This document shows, piece by piece, positions 14,200 through 26,064 of a stretch of 64,000 bases of DNA. The notes under the pieces are model-generated. The model worked only from the letters and a program-made list of their open reading frames with translations, searched no databases and was not told where the DNA came from. The DNA comes from Psammoneis japonica (taxonomy: Eukaryota), in the NCBI GenBank assembly GCA_008632985.1, contig QPGO01000115.1, positions 186,001-250,000 of the forward strand, in the 5' to 3' direction. A program made the translations under genes and the position numbers. How positions within the stretch are numbered: the first letter of the stretch is position 1; each line of letters starts with the position of its first letter.

Positions 14200-15450
14200 G
14201 GAATGAAAACCACAATGGCCAACACGTTTTGCCTGTCACAAGCTTTGTCAATGGATCAGCCAAGTTCGTCTCCGCACCCTCCTTTCCAAAACTCTGACAA
14301 TTCCAGCTGCAGCTGCTTCTCTTGTCGTGTGCTGACAATTGACTGCATTGTGCTTCTTGCACAAAGCAGATTCTGGGATGCTGACATTCTTCGCCACACA
14401 ATGGTTGTCACAAAGCACATTTGCCGGTCCATCAATTGGCACTCCAAATGTGCGCAACATGCAATGGCACGCAATGCAACAATCGTGTCTTTGCAACTTG
14501 CATTGCAGCCAACTCACTGCCAAATGGAGACAATTCAACCATGTTCTGATGTTTGCTGAGCCACATGATCAGGGAGTCATTCACAAAGACAATGATGCCA
14601 GAGTGTGACCTGCACATGACAACATTTCCAGCATGACTTGCACGAACAAAGGCCTGGTCAGTTGCCGCTGGATTCTCACATGGTTTGGGCATCCTGGGTG
14701 GCAATTCTTCCTTGATGTCACAACACAATTCAGTCCAATCTGCCACAGCATCAAACACAGAAGCATCAATCTTGGGACTCTTGGGATTAAAGCCAACATT
14801 CTTCCCCTGCTTGGGTGCTTCTTCATGTGTGTGCATGTGGGTGGTGCAAAGCTTTCAAACAACCCTTCCTTGGATTCACCTGACATCAACAAAGTGAAGA
14901 CACTTCAAACAAAACATCAATGCCACCCAACTTGATTGCCCGGCATCTTGCAATGCCAACAAGTTGCAAGCATCAGGACATCAACTTGGGACTCAACTCA
15001 TCCATCACATCTGACTCTCATCAAGCTTGCACATCATTGCCAGGGTGGATCCTTCAATTGTTCTTCAGAACCTCACCATCTCCATCTTTGCTCAGCAAGT
15101 CTTCCACTGTCTTGATTGTGCTCTTCACACCATCCCTTGGTGAGCTGGTCCAAATTGTTCGGCCACTCTGCATCTGAATCTTCTCTGTCATTGCTCCGAG
15201 AAAAGTCGTGAGCAGCTCAGCTTCGCTCCCAGGCTTGATCTTGCAGCACTCAGCAGTGGACTCAACAATTGACTTTCCTTGGTGCAATGCTGTCAATGGC
15301 ATGTCATCTGTGCAAACCAGTGACATCTTGCAGCACTCATGTCCGTCCTCACGGGCTGCTGCTTGCAGGCGAATGAAACACGGCAGTTTGGTGGTCTACC
15401 CTGCTGTGTCTGTCCTTGTGTCAGCCAAGCGTCACTGTTGAGGTGTCACG
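14200..15450 (-). mobile_element. Second degenerate Ty1/Copia RT-RNase H remnant
   Basis: LVCTDD (RT YxDD with Y->C), DIKEELPPRMPKP, ASHAGNVV..RSHSGIIVFVN, KKHNAVN...REAAAAG, ETNLADPLTK. Confidence 0.85.
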
Positions 15451-15849
15451 ATCAAAAGTGTCACGATTGCTTGGTCATTCTTTTGGTGACTTGCTTGTGG
15501 ATGATGTTCTGTAGAACCACTCATAATTTTTCCCTTGTAAATCTCTCTCTAGCACCGGCTGAGCCACTGTTGGCTGTGTGCCTCAAATTGCATTGGAACA
15601 ACGACAACGAACAAGCGCACGGCGATGGAGGAGAATTTCCCTAAGCAGATGAATGATCCGAGTGACGCAAACTAGGCTTTGCCTTGATTCGTTGTCTTCA
15701 AGTTTCGTTACATTATGAACATGTCGATGGCTCCGCATTGAAAGGCGATTGAGCATTCAACGCTACTTTAGGATGCATGCACATTTGCAGTGATCATGTC
15801 TACTCCCTACTGTATGCTCCTTTTTTGTTGATAGAGGCCAAAGAAGTCG

Positions 15850-17466
15850 CTAACCCGAACGGTCAGATGAGTCAAGGGAGATGTGTACAGGAAATCCACC
15901 CTTCATAGACTCCACCAACGACCACTGGTAGTCACCCGAATGGCCCAGCTTGTCTACAATTTTCAAGTCGGAAGTCAGCAGTATACTCAGGGCGAGTTTC
16001 ATATTCATGAGAGCTAAAGGCTTGCCCAAACATGCACGGGGTCCACCGTTAAACATGGGAAACATAAATGGCGAGGGCTCCTTCTTCTCCAAAAATCGCT
16101 CAGGCTTGAAGACTTCTGCATCCTGTCCCCAGATATCGGTACTCCGCCCCATGGCGTAAAAGCACAAATCCACACCGCCGCCAGCTGGTATCATGTTTCC
16201 GTCTGGCAATGTGTCATTGCCCAAGGCATAGCGAGGATCGTTTGTGACGGGCGGGTGCAACCTCAGCACCTCCATGGCAACGCAGTGCGTATACTTGAGT
16301 CGAGCCATGGTATCGTATGAATATTCTGCGTTCGGTCCCTTGCCACAAGTGGATTCCACTTCTTGAACGATACGAGTTACAACCTCGGGATGTCGGGTGA
16401 GCTCAAAAAACGTCCAACTCAACGAGACGGCGGTCGTATCCCGACCCGCCAGGAGAATATTCATGACAACGTCCCGTAGTTCCTGATTGGAACTCTTGCC
16501 GGCATCAATAAAGCGACTCAACAGGTCAGGACCGAGTGGCGAGCCTTGATCGGCGGAACGTCGCTTCTGCTGAATCACGTCGAGGCAAAAGTCGTCCACC
16601 ACTTGTTTGAGATGACGAATGCGGCGTTCCCTCTTGCTTACTCTTAAAAAGCGTTTGATTTCGAACAGAGGATCGAACAGAGGATCGAGAAAGCGTTTTT
16701 GGCACAACGTGGAAAGTTCATCGAAGGCTTGAGCAAAGGCGGGTGCTTGTGCTTGACCGAGACTGTCTAAATCAACCCCCAAGGCGATTTTGGAGGTGAT
16801 ATCCATGGTCATGCGATAAAACGCATCTTGCAAGTCCACATCAATGCCTTTGGTATCATCCTCCTGCTCCTGTGATGCCGTCCCGCCTGCCACATTATCA
16901 TTTATGGCGTCTTGCCACATCTTTACGGCCTGTCTCAATTTTTCTACCGTCACTACAGCCGTGTGACGCAGCAAGTTGCGTGAAAACATGTTGGCCATCA
17001 ATTTTCGATGCGCCTGCCACGGTTCCCCATCGACGGCAAAAATCCCTTCGCCCAACAATTCCCCCAGGACTCTCCGCCACAAGTCACCCTTGCCATAATT
17101 AGTGAATCGCGATTGCAAAATTTGGCGTACATTGTTTTCGCTGCAAATGTAAAAGTAACAGCCCGGTAATCCTCCAAAATGCGGCATGGGACCTCCCCAC
17201 GTGCGACCATTGTACTTTCGGAATTGTCGCAATGTTTCGGCTGGCCAATCGTCCCATTTGGAAAGCGGGAACCAGAGGTAGCCAATAAAAGGATAACGCC
17301 GCGGCCCTGGCAGGTCAGAAGGTACTGGTAAGGGCTTTATTCGGAGATAGATGATCCACAAAGCCCCAGCTGCAGCAGCCAAGGAGAAATAGATCGTCGC
17401 TGTCGATGGTCCCCATGATGAGCCGGAAAAAGCGGATTCTAAGGAAGACGGCAACCAGGTGATCAT
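15850..17466 (-). CDS. Cytochrome P450 (CYP86/94/704-like), intronless, ~538 aa
   Basis: N-terminal TM and proline hinge, AGRDTT I-helix, EVLR, PERF, heme loop FNGGPRACLG; first ATG at 17466. Confidence 0.95.
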   Translation of the reverse strand: MITWLPSSLESAFSGSSWGPSTATIYFSLAAAAGALWIIYLRIKPLPVPSDLPGPRRYPFIGYLWFPLSKWDDWPAETLRQFRKYNGRTWGGPMPHFGGLPGCYFYICSENNVRQILQSRFTNYGKGDLWRRVLGELLGEGIFAVDGEPWQAHRKLMANMFSRNLLRHTAVVTVEKLRQAVKMWQDAINDNVAGGTASQEQEDDTKGIDVDLQDAFYRMTMDITSKIALGVDLDSLGQAQAPAFAQAFDELSTLCQKRFLDPLFDPLFEIKRFLRVSKRERRIRHLKQVVDDFCLDVIQQKRRSADQGSPLGPDLLSRFIDAGKSSNQELRDVVMNILLAGRDTTAVSLSWTFFELTRHPEVVTRIVQEVESTCGKGPNAEYSYDTMARLKYTHCVAMEVLRLHPPVTNDPRYALGNDTLPDGNMIPAGGGVDLCFYAMGRSTDIWGQDAEVFKPERFLEKKEPSPFMFPMFNGGPRACLGKPLALMNMKLALSILLTSDLKIVDKLGHSGDYQWSLVESMKGGFPVHISLDSSDRSG

Positions 17467-17949
17467 GGTATGAGAAGAAAGCAAAGCCCTGGTAACAACA
17501 TAAGCTTGTGTAACATTGACGTCTGATTGTGAGACAGCAGACAGCACCTGCACAATAGCCGTGGATCGAATCGACCGGATCGAGCTTTTCTCTTTTTTTT
17601 TTGCACTGCACGCGGCATTTTTTTACCTGGTGTGGGCAGCAGGTTTTGATTAACTCGACTCGAGCGAAGCGAGAGTCAACTCGCAAAAGTAACCCGGATG
17701 TTAAAGTGGGGAGAACAAACAACTCTGCACAAGCACCCATCACCAAAGGCATCTCCTCTCAAAAGGACAAGGAACAACATTTGAAGCAAAGTGCAACATG
17801 CAGACAAGGAGCTTGTGCCAAAACAGAGTGTCTGGCCACAGCACCAGTGGCTGCAACAAAAGGCAAAGCAGCAAGAAGCAAAAAAGATGCACAGAAAGCC
17901 AGAGGAAGAGGGGCAAGAGCTGGGGTGCAGAGAGGAGAGTGGTGTGTGC

Positions 17950-18480
17950 TGTGCACTGAAGAACTGGGTGGAAGGGGTGAACAAAATGCCAAAAAGGGAA
18001 AATTGTGAGACTGTTTTGGGCACCAAAAGCAAGCAGCAGTTGAGAGATGCTCTGCAGCGTGTTGTGCTGTGACCCAGCAGCAAGAGAGCTGGCTGCTGCC
18101 CCCCAGCTGGCCCCAGCCAAGAAGGCCAAAGGTTGTCCGCAGCCAAGCAGCACCCCACAAAGTGTTTTCAATGCCATTTTGGGGTGTGTGACAGCTGCAC
18201 CAGTTGAGATTTGCCTCACAATTTGGTGTGAAACAAAGTGTGGCGTGCAGACAAGGAGAGTTTGTGCAGAACCAGTGTGTCCAGCTACAGCTCTGATGGC
18301 TGCAAGAGGCAAAGCAAAAGAAGCCAGGATGGCACCACATGCCAGCTCTCACAGAGAGCCCTGCTGCATGCTGCATCTTGAAGAATCAGGTGGAAGGGAT
18401 GAACAAGATGCCAAAAGAGAAACTTGTGAGATGGCTTTGGGTGCCAAAAGCACAAGCAGCTGAGATTCTCTACACAGCAC
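17950..18480 (+). repeat. Diverged direct repeat (~100 bp core, ~420 bp spacing)
   Basis: gaagaactgggtggaaggggtgaacaaaatgccaaaa (~17958) vs gaagaatcaggtggaagggatgaacaagatgccaaaa (~18380). Confidence 0.7.
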
Positions 18481-19790
18481 AACCCAGCAAGAGCTCATTG
18501 CCACCACAGCAAGCCAGCTGAGAAACTCTGCATGTTGTCCATGACCAAGCAACACCTTGCAAACTGCAAGTGTTCTCAGCACCACTTTGGGGTTTGGCCC
18601 AGTTGTTGTTGAGAGCTGCCTCACAAAGAACTGCTGCTTTGGTGCTTGTTGCAGATCTGGAAAATCATCTCTTTGCAGCTTTGGCAAGGAGCTCCCCAGC
18701 ATGATGATCATGAACAAAAGCAGCAGCAGCAGCAGCAGCAAAAAAGCAGTGCTCTGTGTGTTGGAGCAGCAAGAAGCCAGAGCAACAACAAAAAGAAAAG
18801 ACAAAAAGCACAGACAAGTTCACAGGCATGCAGCATCTGAGGTGGCCAGAAATGATCTCCAGCACATGCCAAAGCCCAAGGTGAGCAGCAGCAGAAATCA
18901 GAAGCAGGGCAAGGAAACAAAGGCTTGCTTTTGTGAGGATGGCATGAGCAAAGTCAAGAAGCCACAGCGCCAAGCTTTTCGGATGAATTGCACAATTTTT
19001 GTTAAGAAATCAAAAACAAACAGGAAAATCGGCGAAAGCGTCATTGAGACATCATGCCGTAAAGTGAGACACCGGCAGCACGCATCATTGTGGTGCTGCA
19101 GTTTGTTGCGTGGTGCCTGCGAAGCATGCATGTTCATCGATGCATGTCGGCAATCCAAACTGAAAATTGACCCATTGCCTTTCTGTCTTTCTTCACAATT
19201 GTGGATGTCACTTTGTGGCGCACACAGGGGAGATTTGCAGCGCACACAGAAGCAGAATGACCCCACAACGTCAGCAGCTCTTTATGTGTGCCATAAACTT
19301 CACAGCGCACATGGGGCCACTTGCTCAAAGGATGACCGTCTGCGTCAGCAACGTCGTCATGTGCGCCAACCCACACCATTTGACGACCTGCCCTGCACGC
19401 GCATGAACCGGAGCCGGTGTCCTCTCTCTCCACGTGGAGCTTTCAGTTGAAGTGAGATCGACAAAGCTCGAGCACCACAGCAGCTTGCCTTGGTTCAGGG
19501 GGGAGTGGCTGGTGCCCAGGCAGGTGAGAGATGTCATAAGAAGTGCAAGTGGCTCTGTCAGATTGGTGGGGCAAAAGCTGCTTGTGCTGCTGGTGCCGCT
19601 GTGTTTTTTGTCTCCCATCCTTTTCTTCCAGCACACACTGCCTGCAGCGCTGGGAGAGCTTTCCAAAAGCCAACCCTTGGCTGCAAGTGCAACATCAATG
19701 GGAAACAAAAAGTTGCCCACTTGTGCTTTGTGAGCCCAGAGGCGTGGCAGCACCCAGCCACTGCAACACTGCACAAAGGCTCAAGCCACA

Positions 19791-20066
19791 TGACAGGAAT
19801 TGAAGGCAAATGGCAAGAATTCAAACAATGACTCCTTGCTGCTGTCTAAATGGCAGATGAGTCTCCGCTCAGAGACCATCATGGGAGCCGAAAGACGTGC
19901 AAGTCGGCACAATCGGGCTGCTGTTGTTGTTCTTGTGATCCTTGTGGCTTGAAAGCAAACTGCATCGCGCGCGAATGCGCGGAACTAAAGCACACAAAAC
20001 TGTGTGCGGCAAACTAAACAGCACGCGACATTTCGCGTGCACCCAAATCCTGTTCAAATCCTGTCA
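19791..20066 (-). repeat. 3' LTR of the Copia element (276 bp)
   Basis: Aligns end to end with 27002-27278. Confidence 0.95.
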
Positions 20067-20099
20067 CTCCCCAGTTTGCTTGAGGAGCCACAGAAACAG

Positions 20100-23000
20100 A
20101 TTCGACTTCGGATGGAATGAAGTTCCAGAACATGAGGGGGCGGAGAAGGTCCCAGATTTGGGAGTGACCCCAATGCTTGCTGAGAATGTCAGCAGGGTTG
20201 CGGGAGCCTTCGATGAAGTGGAACTCAAGGCAACCAGAGGCAATTGCCTCACGCACACGGTGGAACGACAGTGCGGTGTGTCACTTGTGTAACTTGGAGT
20301 GCGGGATGGAGGCACTGTCTACAACCGACTTGTTGTCACCGAACATGTGACTGACATCACGGATCGGGACGCCAAGGCAGCGCAGGGTGATGCGCAGGTC
20401 GACAATCTGCTCAACACAAGTCCTTGCGGCAACAAATTCAGACCTGCAGGTCGCAGTCTCCACGGTGGCTTGCTTCTTAGAGAACCAATCAGCTGGGAAT
20501 TTGTTGAGGAAGTGGAGCATTCCCATGACAGAGCGTCCGGTGAGCATGCAATGGCACAAGTTTGCATCGACGCAGTGGGTGGCAGTGACGAACTTGCCAA
20601 GGGGCGGTGGAGCGTCCTTCGGGATCATCTCTTCTGCTTCGCCACACACTGAATGCATCCATTCATGGGCCGGAGCAGGGAGATCCGAATGGTTGGGCTC
20701 TTCTGTGCGAACGCGGAGAGCGCCGTGTCGCATCTTGGAGAGGCACCCACAGACGCGTTTGGCACGATCCAAGTGGCCTTGACGGGGTGCAGCTCGGAAG
20801 CTAGAGAGTGACATGATGGCCGTGGCAATGTCAATTCGACCAAGGGACACTGCCCATTGGAGGGAACCAACAAGAGACTGGAACTTGTGAATGCCATTGG
20901 GCTCCAGCAGTTCGGAAGTGTCCAGTTCGGGGTGGTCACCCTTCTCCAGAGGTGACAGGGCATTGGTGGTGGGTTTCTCCCCAAACAGTCGGGTGCAGCT
21001 GTCGACCATGCGCTCGATGTACTTGCGCGGAGACAGGCACAAGGTGCCGTCGGGATCCCGGGAAAAGTCGCAACCCAGATGGAACTCAATGGGTCCCGCA
21101 CCCTTGAGCTTGAACTTGCACTTTTCCGTGAGAGTGTCGACAAAAGATTGAGGGTCCTTCACAGCAATGGCGAGGTCATCCACATAAATGGCAATGCATT
21201 CACAGTGGTCGCCGTTCCTGCGCATCCAAATGTCGGGTTCGGCGCGGCAGGGGAAGAAGCCTTCAGCTCGCAGGCAGTCGGCGAAGCGCTCGTGCCAGCG
21301 GAGACCAGAGCTGCGCAGTCCATGCAGGGCCTTGTGGATGACAAGGATGTGTCCTTCGAGTTTGCCAAGTTCGGGTCCGGCCATAATGTAGAGCTTCTCC
21401 TTGGTGGTGGCTTCAAGGCAGGCATTGCCAATGTTGGTGGCCCATGTCTCCAACTCGTTGAGTTCGGCCAGGAAAATCATCAGCCGAAGGCCACGGAGGG
21501 AGACTGCTCTGGAGTGGACACTGTCGATGGGTGCATCCGTGAGGTGCCCATCGGCTGCGAGTCGTGCCTTGTGGCGACCGTCGTGTTTCACGTCGTGCAC
21601 CAGGTGCACTCGGATCTTCTTGTGTCCCGCAGGAGGAGTGGAAGACTCGAAGGGCCCGCAGTCATGGAAGACTTCGTACTCCTCGAGTTGGTCCATCTCG
21701 AGATTAGTTGCGTCTCCCCATTTGCGGTTGCCGTTGCGTTCGTCCAGTGACATGGCGTGTTTGCAGTTCCGGGGAACTTCGTGTCCGCACTTGTGGCGAG
21801 GTGCAGTGCAGAAGGAGCGAAGCTTGGCTTGGTTGGCCATGCGAAATGGCTTCTTCTGGCGCCTCGCGATGGTGCGGAACCGCTTCCAGCCATCAGTGTC
21901 GAGAAGTCCGTTCTCTCGTGCATAGATGGCGCAGGTGACGGGGTCATCCTTGGCGATGATGGCAAGAGGCTCGGACGTGATCTCCCCACTTTCCCATTCA
22001 AGCATGATGTTGTAGCTTGAGCCTTTCCAGGTTGGGTCATGAGGCTTCAGAGGTCCTTCGTGTGACACGATGCGTCGAAATTTCCAAACAGCAGTGTCTT
22101 CGTCTTCTTGCTCAATGTGATTCATGATGTCGTTGTGGGCAAGGACTTCCTCGCATTCGTCGTTGTTGACAGAGCAGACGAATTTAGTGAGCTCGGGATT
22201 GCCGTTCACTTTCCATTCGTGGTCTTTGATGGCCTTGACGATGCAAGCTCTGTGGCGTTGTCTGTCCTCTTGTGGCTGCATGAGGAAGGTGCGTCCGATG
22301 ATGTCTTGCGGATCGAAAACTGGCATCTTGGGTGTCCTGATCTCCCCATCAGGAGAATCGACGGGGTTGTCGTCATGGCGAGATTTGATGATGGGTTCAG
22401 GTGGCTCCCCATCAGGAGGATCAAGACGCAGGTTTCAAACGGCAGGATCAGTGGCAGCGGATCGTACGTTGGACCGGTGGAGGATCTTCTGAGTCTCGTC
22501 AGAGAGAATCTTGAAGGTCATCTGGTGGCCGACGTGCTCAGCAATGCCAACAAAGCATCCACGCAACTCACGGGATTCGGACGGCCAAGCGGAGTCATCG
22601 AGGTGGAAGTGCATGGGTTCCCACCAGTGAAAGTGAAGCAATGGGCTGATGTCCGGGGTGGAGCCAGTGAGAGTCTCGAGGGGCGTGTGCCAGTGGAGAC
22701 ATGGGGACGCTGCATGGTTGAGTGTGAAGCACACGCACATGAGCGCCAGCAGCCATGTGTGGGCAGGCGAACCGAAACGATCCATGACAGTGTTCGCCAT
22801 GTGCTTCACGGTCTGGTGTCGACGCTCGGCAAAGTTTTGGTGTTGCTGGTGAGGCTCACTTTGCCAGCTGGAGATGAAGAGGGCTCGCAGGATCCCGAGC
22901 ACCTTGTTGCTGATCTCAACTTGAGCACGGTCGCCAGTGAGTTTGGATGGGGCACCACGCTCACGGATCTGATCCTCGAGTGTGTTGACAAACTCTTTGT

Positions 23001-26000
23001 CCATCTTGGTGCCGCAGACGTCAGTGACGGTAGACTCGGTGCCAACAAACAGTTGGGCGCTGGACGCGTTCCAGCCCTGGGTGGGAGCTCGCAGTGCTGA
23101 TGTGTGACAACAACAATTTTTGTCATCCGTCGCATGTTTCGCACGTAGATTTCTACGTGTGACATTTAAAAAAAATTGTCCAGACTCGCTGTTTTGCGAA
23201 GCCCCAGACGTTTTACATGACAAATTTACAGAAACAACAATGCGCGCCAGTTGCATTCTTCAATGTCTGAAGAATGTAACTGGCCAAGTAAAAAATGATG
23301 TGCTTCAATCATGTGCGAGTTTGTGCGTTCGCAAAATTGCCTCATTTTCTGTTTGCGATCATTGACATTTTAATTGCTGCACAATTTTGCTGCGGAGCTC
23401 GCACGCAGAAGTCTACGGGCCCAATGTCACACAGATTCCCACCCACGTCTGGAACGCGTCGCTGGTGCAACCAGAGTCGACGGCCGGGGTGTTGGCACAA
23501 ACGGTGTCAGTGGCGACAGGCTCGTTGCGGCGGTGCACATTAAGGGCGGGGTTGGGTGATTTGTGGGCCTTCCCAAGGTGTGCACCGGTGGGCATGCGGG
23601 CGTGCTGCGTGGTGCAGTCAAAAGTACGACGGACCGTGTCAGCAGGCAGGAAGCCAAAGCAAGGCCAAAGAGACTCGAAGGGGGGGTCCTTGGGCTGCAC
23701 AGTGCGCTCCGGGGGTGGAACATCGTCGTCCTTGGGGTCAGTCGTGTGCAGATGACACTCGCAGAACACGTCGTCGTTCGGAATGAGGTGATCGGCAGAC
23801 AAGGAAGCGGACATGATGGTCTCGTTGACAATGACACGATGACGGCAGTTGCCGTGTTCGTTGAATGGGTTGGCAGTGGGATCGTCCTGCAGGTCAGAGA
23901 TTGTGTCGCACCACTGGTCATTGTCAGTGACAGAGTGATCGAGGACGGAAGGATCCCATGTGTCATCACCAGTGAGGAGGACATGGGGCAGGGTGTCCCA
24001 CTCGGTGTCAGTGTGAGGTCGCATGGCAACATGAGGCAGGCCGCCCTTGATGTCAATGGGGATGACACAGCCATCAGGAGTGGCAATGTGTTGCAAGCCG
24101 TTGGGCACCTTGACAGAGCGATCGTTGACATCCTGTTTGCACCATTCGAGCTGGCCGCAGGAATGAATGGTCTTGCCCTTGCCCGTGCATGCGTGCTGAT
24201 GGAGGATGGCGATGACGGGACCATGCTGGGTCTCAATGACGGCACCAGCGGTGACAATGGGGATGTCCACCAATTGATGGTCATCAATGCCCTGAACGTC
24301 GACTTGGCGAGAGGTGCATGCAATGACGCGAACGTCGTCGCCAGCAATGCTGCCATTGGCCCCACGATCGACTGGAGCACCAGTGCGTGTGGAGCGATGA
24401 GCAGAGGCAGAGCAAATGACATTGTGGTCATTGACGCGGCAGCAAGTGCGGCCGTTAAGTTCTGTGTCATCGGCAGGAACTGGCGGGGCAGAGGGAGCGG
24501 CGGATGGCCCCGGCCGACCAGCGTTGGGGGCTTGGTTAGGAGACAACAGACGTTGCAGATCACCGGGTGGCAGTGGCTTGCGCTTGGTGAGGTGCGCCAG
24601 GATGGGATTGTCCAAAGTGGCACCCACATTTGGAGCGGGGTCACCAGAGTCAGCAGGAGTCGTGTTGGACAAGTTGACATCACCGTCACTCCCAAGGCGT
24701 TGGTCGTGAAGGTTGGCCGCAACGGACTCATGGCAGTTGCTGTCTTGCGGGTTGCGGGGAGGCGGACGAGAATGCTCGAGGATGATCGCCTTGGAGGAAT
24801 GGGGCAACGAATCCCAAATCCGTTGGTGGTTGGGAGGGAGACGTTTCCATTGGTCACCGGCGAGGCTGGGACCACGGGTGCAGGCAGCGCCAGCCTGAAG
24901 GACGTCAATGTCGCTGTCAATGTCGTAGAACACATCGTCGGACGGTTCCTCGGAGCAGATGTCGTGTGCACACATGGCACGTCGGGGAGCTTGAGGTGTC
25001 ATCTTGGGTTGAAACGTGCTGTCGCATTGAGCCGCCGCGGAGAGGAGCAAGCCACAGCATTGATCGCATGTGAGGCTCTTGCCACTCTGCGTGCGATGCT
25101 GATCAGCTTGGTTCTTGACAGCACGGAGTTCCTCGACAGGGTGTGCGGCATTCTCGAGCATGACGCGCTTCTGTCCTTCAGAGAAGTGGTCACTGGCCGG
25201 GATGAGTGCCTCGCACTTGCGCAACTGATCTTGCCAATGAAGGATGAACCCGTGGGTCGGACCTTTCCAAGTGCCATCACCAAGACGTGCGGTGGCAAGG
25301 TGCGTGAGCAAGGTGGAGGACTCGACAGATGCGCGGGTGGAGGCAAGCGCATGCTCAGACAAGGCGCGGCAGACGGTCTGGGCATCAGAAGACCCCACAT
25401 TTTCGCGAATGAGAGCCTTGCCCTTGTCGGTGAGAAGGATGCGTTCGAAGACGGCGAACATGTGCTTTTGCTGTTCAGCAAAGAGCAGTTTGTCTTCGGG
25501 GCTGGTCGGTTTGTACGACGAGTCTAGAGTGCACTCGACATCTTGGGCACGGGCTTGTGCCACAAGTGAGGTGTGCCAAGTGTGCCACTGCTTGTCGGAT
25601 TTGAGAGCCGTGAAAGCGGTGGGGTCACGCTTGATGCCTCGCTTGAAGTCTCGCACCGGGTCGCGTGCCTTGGTCGGGTTGGTGACATGCGGAGGTGCGA
25701 GGGGTGAGCTGCCGACGGACACAGAAGACATGCAGTCGGGGCTGAGGCGGTGGGCAAGGAACTCGTCATGCGTGAACAACGAGGAGTCATTGGCAACGTC
25801 AAGACCTTCGTGTGCTTTGACAATGTACAGACTAATTAGAGCTGCTAACATGTTCTTATAACCGCGGGGCAAAGGGATCACATCAGTGCCGTTGTCGCAC
25901 TCAAGCGAGTCGATTTGGGACGGCATGAACGTGAACAGTTCTTGATGCGAGTCCGTGCCGTCTTGGGTCAAAGCCAAACGAAGAGGGCTCCCAGCACCTT

Positions 26001-26064
26001 GGGCAAGCACGGTTCCAACAACGTGCTCGAAACCATTGGTTTGTTGCTGACGAGTGAGAACCAT
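20100..26064 (-). pseudogene. Copia gag-pol polyprotein, disrupted by a MITE, a frameshift and a premature TGA
   Basis: ATG 26064; gag RDFKRGIKRDP; protease VDRGANG; integrase PVATDTV..., QSEPHQQHQNFAERR; RT YVDD; RNase H VDAN..TGRS, KKQATVETAT; premature TGA at 20281-20283 (probably CGA). Confidence 0.92.
23063..23460. mobile_element. MITE (398 bp, ~24-bp TIRs, 4-bp TSD GCTG) inserted in the Copia integrase
   Basis: Left GACGCGTTCCAGcccTGGGTGGGA; reverse complement of right end GACGCGTTCCAGacgTGGGTGGGA; GCTG at 23059-23062 and 23461-23464; removal restores ...DSGCTS-AQLFVG. Confidence 0.9.

Larger units (their letters stand above)
2719..15500. other. TpA-depleted transposon-rich block A
   Basis: TA nearly absent, TG/CA excess, Cys/His-rich ORFs in all frames; contains Copia, LINE and pseudogene remnants. 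Confidence 0.85.

Noticed and set aside
22108..23100. 330-aa plus-strand ORF as a gene
   Set aside because: Antisense shadow of the Copia integrase
7014..26064. Alternative genetic code (TGY/CAY read as Tyr)
   Set aside because: Host genes in the same window use TAY for Tyr and TGY for the P450 heme Cys; non-coding LTRs show the same changes
20100..26064. ADAR editing or RT error during retrotransposition
   Set aside because: Both strands are affected, the LTRs differ from each other, and a DNA transposon and a host-type gene show the same pattern
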